Positions 15,301-28,365 of a stretch of 64,000 nucleotides of DNA are shown piece by piece (within the stretch, counting starts at the first letter, position 1; each line of letters begins with the position of its first letter). Where the stretch lies: assembly GCA_964016885.1 (NCBI GenBank), contig OZ024759.1, positions 35,650,001 to 35,714,000 of the forward strand, read 5' to 3'. Made by a program: the position numbers and the translations under genes. This stretch comes from Eledone cirrhosa (Eukaryota). The notes under the pieces are model-generated. The model was not told the DNA's origin. It saw only the letters and a list, made by a program, of their open reading frames with translations, and did not search any database.

Positions 15301-18108
15301 ACTGTCTGTCAGTGCATCTCCCCCACTCTCCTTCAGGCAAACACCTTCTCTACTGTCTGTCAGTGCCTCTCCCCCACTCTCCTTCAGGCAAACACCTTCT
15401 CTACTGTCTGTCAGTGCCTCTCCCCCACTCTCCTTCAGGCAAACACCTTCTCTACTGTCTGTCAGTGCCTCTCCCCCACTCTCCTTCAGGCAAACACCTT
15501 CTCTACTGTCTGTCAGTGCATCTCCCCCACTCTCCTTCAGGCAAACACCTTCTCTACTGTCTGTCAGTGCCTCTCCCCCACTCTCCTTCAGGCAAACACC
15601 TTCTCTACTGTCTGTCAGTGCCTCTCCCCCACTCTCCTTCAGGCAAACACCTTCTCTACTGTCTGTCAGTGCATCTCCCCCACTCTCCTTCAGGCAAACA
15701 CCTTCTCTACTGTCTGTCAGTGCCTCTCCCCCACTCTCCTTCAGGCAAACACCTTCTCTACTGTCTGTCAGTGCCTCTCCCCCACTCTCCTTCAGGCAAA
15801 CACCTTCTCTACTGTCTGTCAGTGCCTCTCCCCCACTCTCCTTCAGGCAAACACCTTCTCTACTGTCTGTCAGTGCATCTCCCCCACTCTCCTTCAGGCA
15901 AACACCTTCTCTACTGTCTGTCAGTGCCTCTCCCCCACTCTCCTTCAGGCAAACACCTTCTCTACTGTCTGTCAGTGCCTCTCCCCCACTCTCCTTCAGG
16001 CAAACACCTTCTCTACTGTCTGTCAGTGCCTCTCCCCCACTCTCCTTCAGGCAAACACCTTCTCTACTGTCTGTCAGTGCCTCTCCCCCACTCTCCTTCA
16101 GGCAAACACCTTCTCTACTGTCTGTCAGTGCCTCTCCCCCACTCTCCTTCAGGCAAACACCTTCTCTACTGTCTGTCAGTGCCTCTCCCCCACTCTCCTT
16201 CAGGCAAACACCTTCTCTACTGTCTGTCAGAGCTGTGGGGAGGCCAGTGCATGGCCCCATTTGCTTATAATAGTGAGAGATGGGGAGAGATGGAGGCAGT
16301 GACAGTGAGAGTTTGGTTCCCTTGTGTTCGGACCTGGTATATATGTTTCAATAGACACACTGTTAAACTTCCAATATAATTAACTAAAATTTACACTTAG
16401 TCTATATTGTTAAAATATTCTAGAACTATCTGTTGAGTCTAACATGTAGTATTTAGTGTTACAATATTCTAGAACTATCTGTTGAGTCTAACATGTAGTA
16501 TTTAGTGTTACAATATTCTAGAACTATCTGTTGAGTCTAACATGTAGTATTTAGTGTTACAATATTCTAGAACTATCTGTTGAGTCTAACATGTAGTATT
16601 TAGTGTTACAATATTCTAGAACTATCTCTATTGAGACTAACGTAGTATTTAATGTTACAATACTCTAGAACTATCTCGAGTCTAACATCTAGTATTTAAT
16701 GTTAAAATATTCTAGAACTATCTCTCGGACGAGATTTAAATGTAAAACTAAAAATAAAATAAAATAAAATAAAATAAAATAAAATAAAATAAAATAAAAT
16801 AAAATAAAATAGAAAATAAAATTTGTCAAATTATTGTTTAATTAAAATATAAATAAAGTTAATTAAAATATAAATAAATTAACATTTCCAATAAAAACAA
16901 CAACCACCATGCACAGAAAAATAAAAAAAAAGAAGAAAACGAAGATGAAATCAAATGCAAGTAGAGAGAAGAAGAGATAGAGAGAAAGAGAAGCAACAAT
17001 GCTGACAATAGCAAGGTGGGGAAGCGGTGTGAAAAATGCTCAGGGAGATGGTGACAAGGCAAAAAACATGCTACCTACCAACGTCGGAAAAGTCAATTAG
17101 AGGACTGCTACCAGCTGCGGACAGATTAATCATAGAAGTACCGACTTTAGAGCGTCTTAATGGAGAACCACAACTGCCTGCTAGAAAATGTTACGAGTCT
17201 CAGGATGTTAGTAGAGAGTAGCGGAGAGGGTGGAGGAGAAAACATTCAAGAATAAGAAAGAATAAAGGAATTTATGAATAATAAAATTCTCAAAATTTTG
17301 GAATATTTGATTAGTGTAATAACATTTTTTAGACAAAAAGAAATTCTATTATAAAGTTCATAGACAATACACAGACACAGGAAACAACTGTAAATACAGT
17401 CAGTTGCTACAAATAGCTTTTTTAAAAAATCTGGGTAAAAAACGTCCCCCGTTAGATGGGGAAAAGTTGCCTGTGGCTGCTATGAGGAATTGTACCCCCA
17501 TATCTTTCAGATATCGGCTAAGTACTCTAGCTATTGAGTATTGAGCTAAGGGACCTTAGCTAAATAGCTACAGCACATGCAACAGCTACTGGCAACTTTC
17601 CCCCCCTCCTAAGAGATCTTTATCCAATTTTCTAAGTTATTTATACCAAATGACTGGATGTATGGCTATTTCTGGTGTCTGAGCATACTTTATCTTCTCT
17701 GAACTTCATAATCTCTCAGTACTTCAGAAGTTTGGAAGCTCAAACTTTGCACACAATGTTTGTTTAAAATTCTACAATGGAAATCTAGAATGGTGGAATT
17801 CGGCATTCATATCCAGGATTCTAAAACTTAAGAATTATAGTATAATAGAATTCTAGGATTAAGAACATTCTAGAATTTTAGAATAATGGAATTCCTTAAT
17901 AATAAAATTCTATTATTCTAAAATTCTCAGAACATTAGAATTACAACATAAAAGAATAACAGAATTCTAAGAATTCCTGAATAAAAGAATTGAAGGATAA
18001 AAGTATTCCCGATTGTTGGAATGGTGAAGAATAATAAAATGTACATGAACTGAAGAATGACGAAGATTGTTGTAAAGAAGGAGGAGGAAAACATCAAAGA
18101 TGGCCACA

Positions 18109-18164
<56 letters not shown>

Positions 18165-19383
18165 ATATCTATGCTAGCGCGGAAAATGGATGTTAAATGA
18201 TGATATATATATATATATATATATATATATTACACACACAGAATTATAAATAGCAACATGGAAGATTAGCTTAACTGGATTAGGATGATACACACAATAT
18301 ATATATGAGAGAGAGAGAGAGAGGAAGATGAAATCCATTCTATATATATATATATGGATGGATATATATATATACTGGGTGGTTAGAGAATTTGATTCGC
18401 AATCGTGAAGTTGTGAGTTCGATTCCAAGACCGGGCGATGCGTTATGTCCTTGGGCAAGACACTTTATTTCACGTTGTTCCTTCTACCTGGAGATGCGAC
18501 CGATAGATAGTATTAGCAATTAGAAAGACTAATGGAAACATTGTTCCTCGGTACGATTTGCCAAAAGTCGACCGACTATATATATATATGTGTGTATGTA
18601 TGCAAAAAGTCAATGAGGAAGGACAACACCGGCAAATGATACAGTACAATGAAGATATATATTAGTTTAACACTTCATATAGTAGGAAAAGAGTCTTAAC
18701 ATCTCAGATGTTAGTCCTTCATCAGAACATAGAAGGAAAGATAAACAGAATAGAAAAATAGATGAGTGCAAGAAGACAAAATAGAGAAAAACTTTTTACA
18801 GGAAGAACATCTCCATATATGTGTGTGTGTGTTTACTGACAATACTTGAAGTAACCAATGACATTTGTTTTTGTAATGCATAAACAAGATGTTACTAAAT
18901 CCACAGAAATATATTTAGAACTAATCTGGAATTAATGTTGTAAAAGTCAAACGGAAAACCTGGAGTCTTTGTAAATGAAGAGGAGGTGCAAAAGGCACTT
19001 AGTTATAGATAAGGTCACAGGTTGTGACAAAAGAACTTTGACAGACTAACTCTTAACATCCTATGCCACATAAAACCACATTAGCAAGACTTTCTTAAAA
19101 AGTACAAAACAGCACTATGACTGCAACAGGTAAGAAATAATGTCTTTACTTTAATATTACAGATTTTCACAACAATCTGTCCATTAGAAAAGATATAAAC
19201 TTTGGAACCAACAAACATGGTTTTAGATCTTTTCTGTAAAATCTAAATAGAAAAGAAAAACAAAAAAATAAACAATCTAGAGATTGGAATTAATGAATTG
19301 AAACATTGTTTCCTTGGTACGATTTGATGAGCTCCATCCCACTTGTTAAGCGAATGAGGTCTGGGATCTTGTCAAACGACATT

Positions 19384-19433
<50 letters not shown>

Positions 19434-20440
19434 CAAATGAAATTTAAAAAAAACAACAAAGAAAATTATAAAAATATAAAGGTGAAACAATGACTAGATG
19501 ATAATTGAAAATGGTGGAAGAATTTGAGAAAAGCTGAGACTACAAAAGGAAGAATATGGCCTGAGTCTATGAGAACCAATGACTTGGATAAATATATAAC
19601 AAATATCACATGAATTAATGAAGCAGTGGATATTTTTAAATTTGCAAATGTGGGAATTTCAAACATAAAAATAACTTCACTAACAGCCATTTGCTATAGA
19701 TAGAAACAAATTAGAAATTTGGTTAAAATATCCTTACAGGCAGCAAAAAAAAAAAATGGCTATTTACACCTATGGAAACATTTTTTTCTTTTCTGTCTAT
19801 AGGGGTATTTTACCAAAATTTCTCAGCTATTATTCATAACGATCGACTGTTGTTACTGCTAGTTTTTGTATTTGGGATTCTCACATTTTCAAATAAATAT
19901 AGAATTAATTAAACAATATGAACCAAGCTGCAGAGAGTCAATATTTAAGTTATAACCAGAAGCTTTGTGCAAAATGTTCAAGAGTTATTCAATTGGTATG
20001 TTATATAAAAATATATATATTTGCTAGAGATTTCTTGGATAAGCTTAAAGCAAGCAATTATTAGAAATAGATAAATAATAATAATTATATATATATATAT
20101 ATTTAGTTATGTAATAAACAACATAAGATAATTATTATGTTGTTTATTACATAACTAATAAGCTCTGTAACCTACATAGAGCACTCTTTTTTTCCTGGAC
20201 CTTTCCGACAGAATTACTTCATTCACACACACACACATATATATATATAAATATATATATTTATATATATATATACGTGTATATATATATATATACACGT
20301 GTATATATATATATATATATATACGTGTATATATATATATATAAAAGTAGGGAGTTTTGAGAAAGAGTATGTTAATTATAGACAATGGTGTTATATATAT
20401 ATATATATGTATATATATATACATATATATATATACATAT

Positions 20441-20471
<31 letters not shown>

Positions 20472-20924
20472 TATAAATTTTCCCTGTTTCACAGGAAAAA
20501 TAGATATTTATTTTTTGAGAGGAGGGGAGGGAAATTTACAATCATTTTCCTTCAGACTGTTGCTGCTGCTGTTGGTGGTGGTGGTGGTGCTGCTGGTGGG
20601 GAGAGAGAGAGGAGGGGGTGGGGGATAAGCAAATCTTTGAAGCAAGAAGAAGTAGTATGTGGTATTAACAAGCAGAATCTCTGGGGTCCCGCAGATCACC
20701 ATAGAGAAAATGTGGAGAGAGAAGAAAAAATATGAAAATAAAGGGATAAAAATGGGGAGAAAATTAAGAGGAGGGGAGAGAGGAGGAGGCAGGTGTCCTG
20801 GATAAGGTTGGAGGTTGTTGAAAAGGGGTTGCTGTAATGGAAGAGGGAGGGTGAGGAAGAGTTGTTTTAACAATCATAATAATGAGGAAAAATATATAAT
20901 ATAATATATACCTATATTTATATC

Positions 20925-20960
<36 letters not shown>

Positions 20961-23337
20961 CATACATATATACACACATTTATATATATACACACATATA
21001 TATATATACACACATATATATATATACACACATATATATATATACACACACACACATGTGTGTATATATATACATGTGTATATATATATGCGTATATATA
21101 TATATGCGTATATATATATATATATATGCGTATATATATATATGCGTATATATATATGTGTGCGTATATATATATGTGTATATATATATGTGTGCGTATA
21201 TATATATGTGTATATATATATGCGTATATATATATATATGCGTATATATATATGTGTATATATATATATGTGCGTATATATATATGTGTATATATATGTG
21301 TATATATATATGCGTATATATATATATATACATACATACATACATTGGATTGACATGTATGAAATTTGTAGAAATTTGTTTTTTCCTACAAATTCCACAC
21401 TTGACGACCCAATAGATATATATATACACACACACACATATATATACACACACACATATATATATACACATACATACATACACATTATATATGTATATAT
21501 ATATGAGTGTGTGTGTGTTCCGTAAATTGTGACATACAAGTCAATTCTAGTCTCGAAAGACAATCAAGTCGCTGGCTTGGAGACAGACTTAACTCCGAGA
21601 TGGACTGGTGTCCTATCCAGGAGTATAGTGTTATCTTTCAGTCACTTACAGCAGTGAAAACTAAATAAGCTCCGACATATTGAGCCCCTGGTCATTAGAC
21701 TTACACTTTATTATATCCGAGTTCAAATCCCGCCGAGGTTTACTTTGCCTTTCATCCTTACGGGGTCGATAAAATAAAGTACCAGTAATGTACTGGGTAA
21801 TTGCTGGCCTTGTGCCTAAAGTAGAAACAATTATATCATATAACCCAATAATATCCTCCTCTATCCCTATGTTTATAGTTGGTGTAACAACCATTGATAC
21901 TACAGTTTTGTCTTCTGCTATATAACTGATATTGTCATCATTTAATGTTCACTTTTCCATGTTAGCATGGGTTGGACGTGTTATTACAGACCAAGTTAGC
22001 ATTTAATCCTTTAATGAACATATTTCTAATGAAATACTCTTTATTTCAGTTTATGAAGAATTTTGAAGGTCTTACTAAAATTATTAATTATTTCATTACT
22101 AAAATAGTACCTTCTTATATAAAATTATGATGGAAGATTTTGATTTAAATTAGAAACCTTTAAAATGGGTGATTTTATTTCATAGAACCAGAGCCGGTCT
22201 TGGCAGGATTGGTAACAAAAGGGTTAATTGGCGTTACCATTCTCTGAGACATCTTGCTCAAATACATCCCAGTTCCAGCACAGTTTCTATAGCTGGATGT
22301 CCTTCTCAACACCAGCCCTTTCACATAATATACTGGGTACATTTTGGCAAGATTTCTACAGCTGGATGTCCTTAATACCAACTCTTTCATACAATATACT
22401 GGGTACATTTTATTCTCGCTCAGCACTGGAGAGAATGTCTTATTCCTGATTAAAACAAGTCCTTTCTACCCTTTTTTGTTTGTTAAATATTCTAAATAGG
22501 TTTTTAAAATTCCAGCTTTAACTGGAATTATTTGCAGTAATTTGCTAGAGTTAAAGTAAACGGTACAATAACAAGACTTAGCAGCTCTTCTACACTTGTT
22601 CTTTTACAATGATAAAAATTCACATATTATACCCCAACCCCTATAAATCGACCCCTAGTTTTGGAGAGATCTTTTCAGGCTTAAAAGCCTAGACTTGTAT
22701 GCTGCAATTTATGGTATGTTACACACTGAAAGAACCAACCAAATCTCAGGATCTTTTTATATTTGAAAAATGAAAAGAGTAACGTTAAAGGACCCATTCT
22801 TTACTTTGAAGCTCCTTTCAATGTCAAATAGAAAAAGATTCTTTAATATGATTGGTTCAATAAATTTTTCCTCAGAATATATAATTGTTTAAACATGTTA
22901 CAATCTACATAGCAAGACAGAAGGGGATGTATATATATATAAATATATGCAAGAGAGTTTGTCCTCAGCGATATTAAACTACCTGTTAAGCTGGAAGAAA
23001 ACCCATCAGATCCTCTCTTTTTATACATTGTTGGATCAGGAGTTTTAGAGCGGAATGCTGCTCTCGTTTGAGAGACTCCATCTGCCAGTACAAATTGCTC
23101 CCGGAGTTCTGTGTTGGTTCGGTTTTTAGCTGCAGAGGCGAATAAGTTAATCAATATCTATAATTTCATATTACTTCAGAGAGATACAAAAATCACCCAT
23201 GAGAAAAAAATGTTTTTTTTTCAGAATGAGGCTTAATTCAGAACGAATTAACTTAAGCCGCGTCCTGAGATTTGAGCCCTGTTTTGAATCGAGCCTCGTT
23301 CTGAATTAAGCCTCGTGATATGAATATTCATATATAC

Positions 23338-23376
<39 letters not shown>

Positions 23377-25698
23377 TTTGGATCAGCAGAAAATGCGCAT
23401 GGTTACATAACCTGAACAGACAAATGCCTTTTTATATCATCAGCCACCTTACAGGCAGTGCAGTTTTGCGCATTAAGGTTGTACTGAACTTGTAATATAG
23501 TTTTTAAAAAGCCTGTACAATGTAAGTTAAAAATAAATGAGTGAAAACTAGAGTAGATTAAGATAAAGCGACAGTTTACACTTTACCTTAAATTTCATAT
23601 TTCGTTACCATATTTCTAACAAAATATCCTACCTACATGTTCCAATTAATTTTAGTTTTTAAAATAATCAAGAATTTGGAGTCGTGCAACTAACTTTCTT
23701 GTTATTAAGCTGGTATTTGGAAGATAACTTAATAAAGGTTCTTACATGAAATTATAATGGAAGTTTTTTAGATCAATATCACTAAAGGCTCATTAGGCCA
23801 GTGTTTACCCCAGTTTCGTGGCATGACTGAGAGTATAAGACCCCACCCTGGACAGGACACCAGTCCATCACAGGGATAAGCCTCCAGCTGTTACTACTGG
23901 TACTCATTTTCAGCTGAGTATACTGGAGCAATGTGAAATGAAGTGTCTTGCTCAAGAACACAACACGCAACCCAGAAATCGAACCCACGACTTTATGATT
24001 GTATGTCCAACACCCTCATCACTAGGCCATGCACTTCCACCAATAAAATCAATAAGGACATGTGGTCAGAATGTCTCAGGAAAGAATCTCTGGACAGATT
24101 TTACAGGCAAAACCAACTGGCAGGAGACCCAGGGGTAGACCCCGAGCAAGATGGTTGGATAACATCCATGAGCTTGGCTGATCTCGCTTGGGGTTCCAGC
24201 TGGATCAGTTGGAGATGGTTGCTTCTGACAGGACCCACTGGAAGGCAGTGTTTGAGGTCTCTGTCCTCCACAACCCTCTCAGATATAAAGGGGCAAAAAA
24301 GAAAAGTTTTCTAGAATAGGACCAGTTAGTGGGACTTTCAGGCAATTTGGTACTAAGAGGGGTGAAGATAGAATCATAAACTGTTGTTTGGTTTTTTATT
24401 CTACTTAAACTTTCAGTTTTCATTCCACTATGTCTGACATTGTTGCTGGCTTTTCTCAAACAATTTTAATAGCATTTCTCTTTCAGGAAATTGTTAATGT
24501 TACATAATTTAGGATTCATAATAATAATAATGATATTATTATTATTTATGAGGCAAAACAAAAATGAAAGATCAAAACAAAAATGAAAAAAAAAAAAAAA
24601 AAAATATCGAAAAGAATTTCTATTTTCATCAAAAGAAATTTTTTTGGATGTTTCGCAATATTAATAAATTATTAATGAAATATGTTTTATAACAATAAAA
24701 TGTTAAAACAAACAGTTTTGTTAATGCCTCAAGGCATAAATAGCTAATTGATTTAGTAGTATCATGTATTACAAAATGAAGACAAAATTAGCTCACTGGT
24801 TACAAAGAAATATATTAATGGTGAGCTGACCAATAGGCAGCATTTGGAATATTGTAACTATATATACCTATAGGAATATAGTCAGAACCCCGACAGCAGA
24901 GCTCAAGCTGTTTCGACAGCTAATCACCCACTCTACTACCCAAAGTATACCCTATGAAAATAATATATTTTATATATTATAAAATACATTTTTTATAGTA
25001 CAAATATATTTTTTATTCCATATTAAAAATACATTTATACTATATAAAATATATTTTCATACCCTGTAAATATATTTTTATTCCATATAAAATATATTTT
25101 TATATGGTACAAATATATTTTTATTCCATATAAAGTATATATTAATGGCATATAAAATATATATTTATAGCATATAAAATATATTTATATGTGGTTAAAA
25201 TATATTTTTACTTCATAATTTTACGTCCGCTTTTCCCTGCTTGCAAGGGTGGGACGGGTCCTATTCAGCACAGCATCTTTCCATATATTTATATATGGTA
25301 CAGATATATTTTTTATTCCATATAAAATATATGTTTATAACATAAAATATTATATTTTTATGAAGTAAATAATTAAAATTGAGCATTATGTCAACTCACA
25401 AAAATTCTTAATCATTTAAATCTGGAAATAAAACCTTTATTATATTAGATCAAGAAGGAAGGACAAACACGAAGAATATCACTAGTACTGTGTTACATAA
25501 GTGTGTTGGATAACTGGGTATTGTGTACATGCAGAAGGTTGGCAAGGTTTACAAATATTTAAGTTAATATAATTGTTATGTTCACCAACATTAATAAATG
25601 CTGTTGCTGTTCTTGTTGCTGATTATTTCACAATCAATACAAGCCATTCATGGATACAAGACTATGCACAATACATGTAAACACACATACACACATAC

Positions 25699-25750
<52 letters not shown>

Positions 25751-25876
25751 ATGATATTAATAAATGGAAACTAATTTATTAATATCATTGATATTACACT
25801 CCAGAAATGCTGTAGAGTGCTTTAAATCTGTTATAAATATATTTGTGGAATTACCAACAAATTAAATATCTCTTTG

Positions 25877-25938
<62 letters not shown>

Positions 25939-28108
25939 CAACAACATATTTAAACACTACTCAAAATGTGTATATACAACTACATAACATGTTTATACAC
26001 AACATACACATACATACATACATCTATATATAGGCACAACTACTAAATACATACACAACTGCACAACACCTAAAACTACACACACAACTTATATTTATAT
26101 CTGATTTGAGCCTCCCCCCCCCATATCTATTTAGAATGGTCAAGAAAACTGATTATATCAACCCCAGTTTTTTACTGGTACTTTTCTTTTTATCGACTTC
26201 AAAAGGAATGTCTGAGGAAAGGGTCAATGGTCATAGTTTACAGGCAAAACTAGGCAACATGAGACCCAGGGGTAGACCCTGAGCAAGGAGGTTAGATAAT
26301 ATCCATGAGGTTGGCTGGTCTCGCTTAAGGATCCAGTTCGATCAAGTGGAGATGGTTGCTTATGACAGGACCTACTGGAAGGAGTGTTTGAGACTCTGCG
26401 CAGAATGGTGTGGTGGTGGGAGGAGGTTCCATGAGGTGGGAACATGTCTAAGGCTGAGAAATTCGGAACGCTCTTTTTACTGGTCTGTGTGTGAATTGAA
26501 CCTACAACCCTCCCTGGAATAAGTGGGGAAAGGAGAAGAAGAAGAAGTAGGAGGGTCGATAAAATAAAGTACCAGTAATGTACTGGGTAATTTGCTGGCC
26601 TTGTGCCAAAAGTAGAAACAATTATTTTAATTTCCTACCTTAACATCAGTATGAGTGGCCAGCTGTGGCTGGTTTGAACAGAAAGAGGTGAGAGAATTTT
26701 GGCCGTATTTGGCCAGTTTAAATACTGAAGGCTTAAGAAAAAACACTAATTCTTTGCCAATTCTCACATTTTATACAGAAGGAATTAACTATTGACAATC
26801 AATTAACTAGCATTGATCAATAATTAACGATGTAACAATTGATTAATAAAGGAGAAATTATTGATTGAGAATTGATTAACGATTTAACAATTGACTATTG
26901 TTAATTTATTGATTAATGATTGAAAAACAGTAGATAAAGAATTTATTAAACATTTATTAGCTATTGATTATAGGTAATTAATTGATTGATTGACAATTGA
27001 CGAGAAAAACTGGGAAAGTTTCAGTACTAAAAACGATTAATTTTGTATGAATTACAAGTAAGCCATGAGCATGGGTTTCATATTCTAACTCAGAGGTTCT
27101 CAAACTTTTTGGGCCACCTCACGGCCCTGTAATATCCTCAGCGCCCACCACCCCTATTTCCAGAGAGACCTGTCTATATGTAAATTGTAGATAATATATA
27201 ACATATAAATTTATTAATTTATATGGAATAAATAATATATATACTATGTATCATATATATTTTTTATTTTACTAGATTTATATATAATTTTTTCTACTTT
27301 TGGCACAAGGCCGCAATTACCCAGTACATTACTGGTACTTTATTTTATCGACCCAGTAAGGATGAAAGGCAAAGTTAACCTCGACGGGATTTGAAAGTCC
27401 GTAAAGGGACGTAACTCTCTGCTGGAAAGCATGGTGTCCGACTCTACAAATACTGGTGCATTATTTGATATTAAATATACTATATCATCTCTACCCACCC
27501 CCAGCGCCCCCTGGACCTTCTCAATGCCCCCGAGGGGGAGGAAGTAGTGCCCAGTTTGAGAAACTGTTCTAACTGAGCGTGACAAGAAAGAAGAAGATAT
27601 ATCTACTACAGCAGAATCTAACAACACTGCAAACTGTCATTCGAGGAAGAAGCTAAGAGGTGAAAATAAGCTAAACTTTCACAAACAAACAAACGAACAA
27701 AGAGACAGACCTTCCGTGCAATTAGGTACAACAATTAGCACTCATGATGCAACAAAGATATTAACACACAGAACATATTGTTGGAATCTTGTCTGGAAAT
27801 AGGACATACCTCGACATGGATCATTCGTTTCCAAGAACTCCTCAAGCGTGACCCATCCTCCACCAACTCTCACCATAACACTACTGTTAAGGAAGCGAAC
27901 CAACTTCAATTTCTGATTCTCACCAAACTAAAACAGAAAAATGGAAATAAGGTTTCATTTGTCAGATTTAATAGTGAAGAATTTACATGGAACATCGCTA
28001 TATATAGTTATATATTGAGTACCCTTCGAACGAAACAGTTCTAGTCTTGTAGAAGCCATTTTTATATCAAATTTATTTTATTAATATATATATATATAAA
28101 ATTTGTTT

Positions 28109-28142
<34 letters not shown>

Positions 28143-28316
28143 AAGGGTAAACAGAAATAACAACACAATCAGTACAGTATATGGAAGGGATACATTAGGT
28201 TAACGCTTGATATAGCAGGAATAGGGTCTTAAAGTTCCCCGAAACTGGATACCAATCTGGAGTACACCTCAACTTCCACCAGGAAATCTTTCGTATCATT
28301 GACATTTTCTTAGCTT

Positions 28317-28365
<49 letters not shown>

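Noticed and set aside
16225-16335. Possible extra tail exon after acceptor-like ccag
   Set aside because: The required phase-1 frame hits TGA with no donor and the peptide is unconvincing.
14297-16379. 537-657 aa ORFs in four frames
   Set aside because: They come from a 51-bp tandem unit lacking stops; open on both strands, intronic, no domain signal.
12810-16725. CRISPR-like appearance of regular arrays
   Set aside because: Units are contiguous with no unique spacers, there are no cas genes, and the context is eukaryotic.
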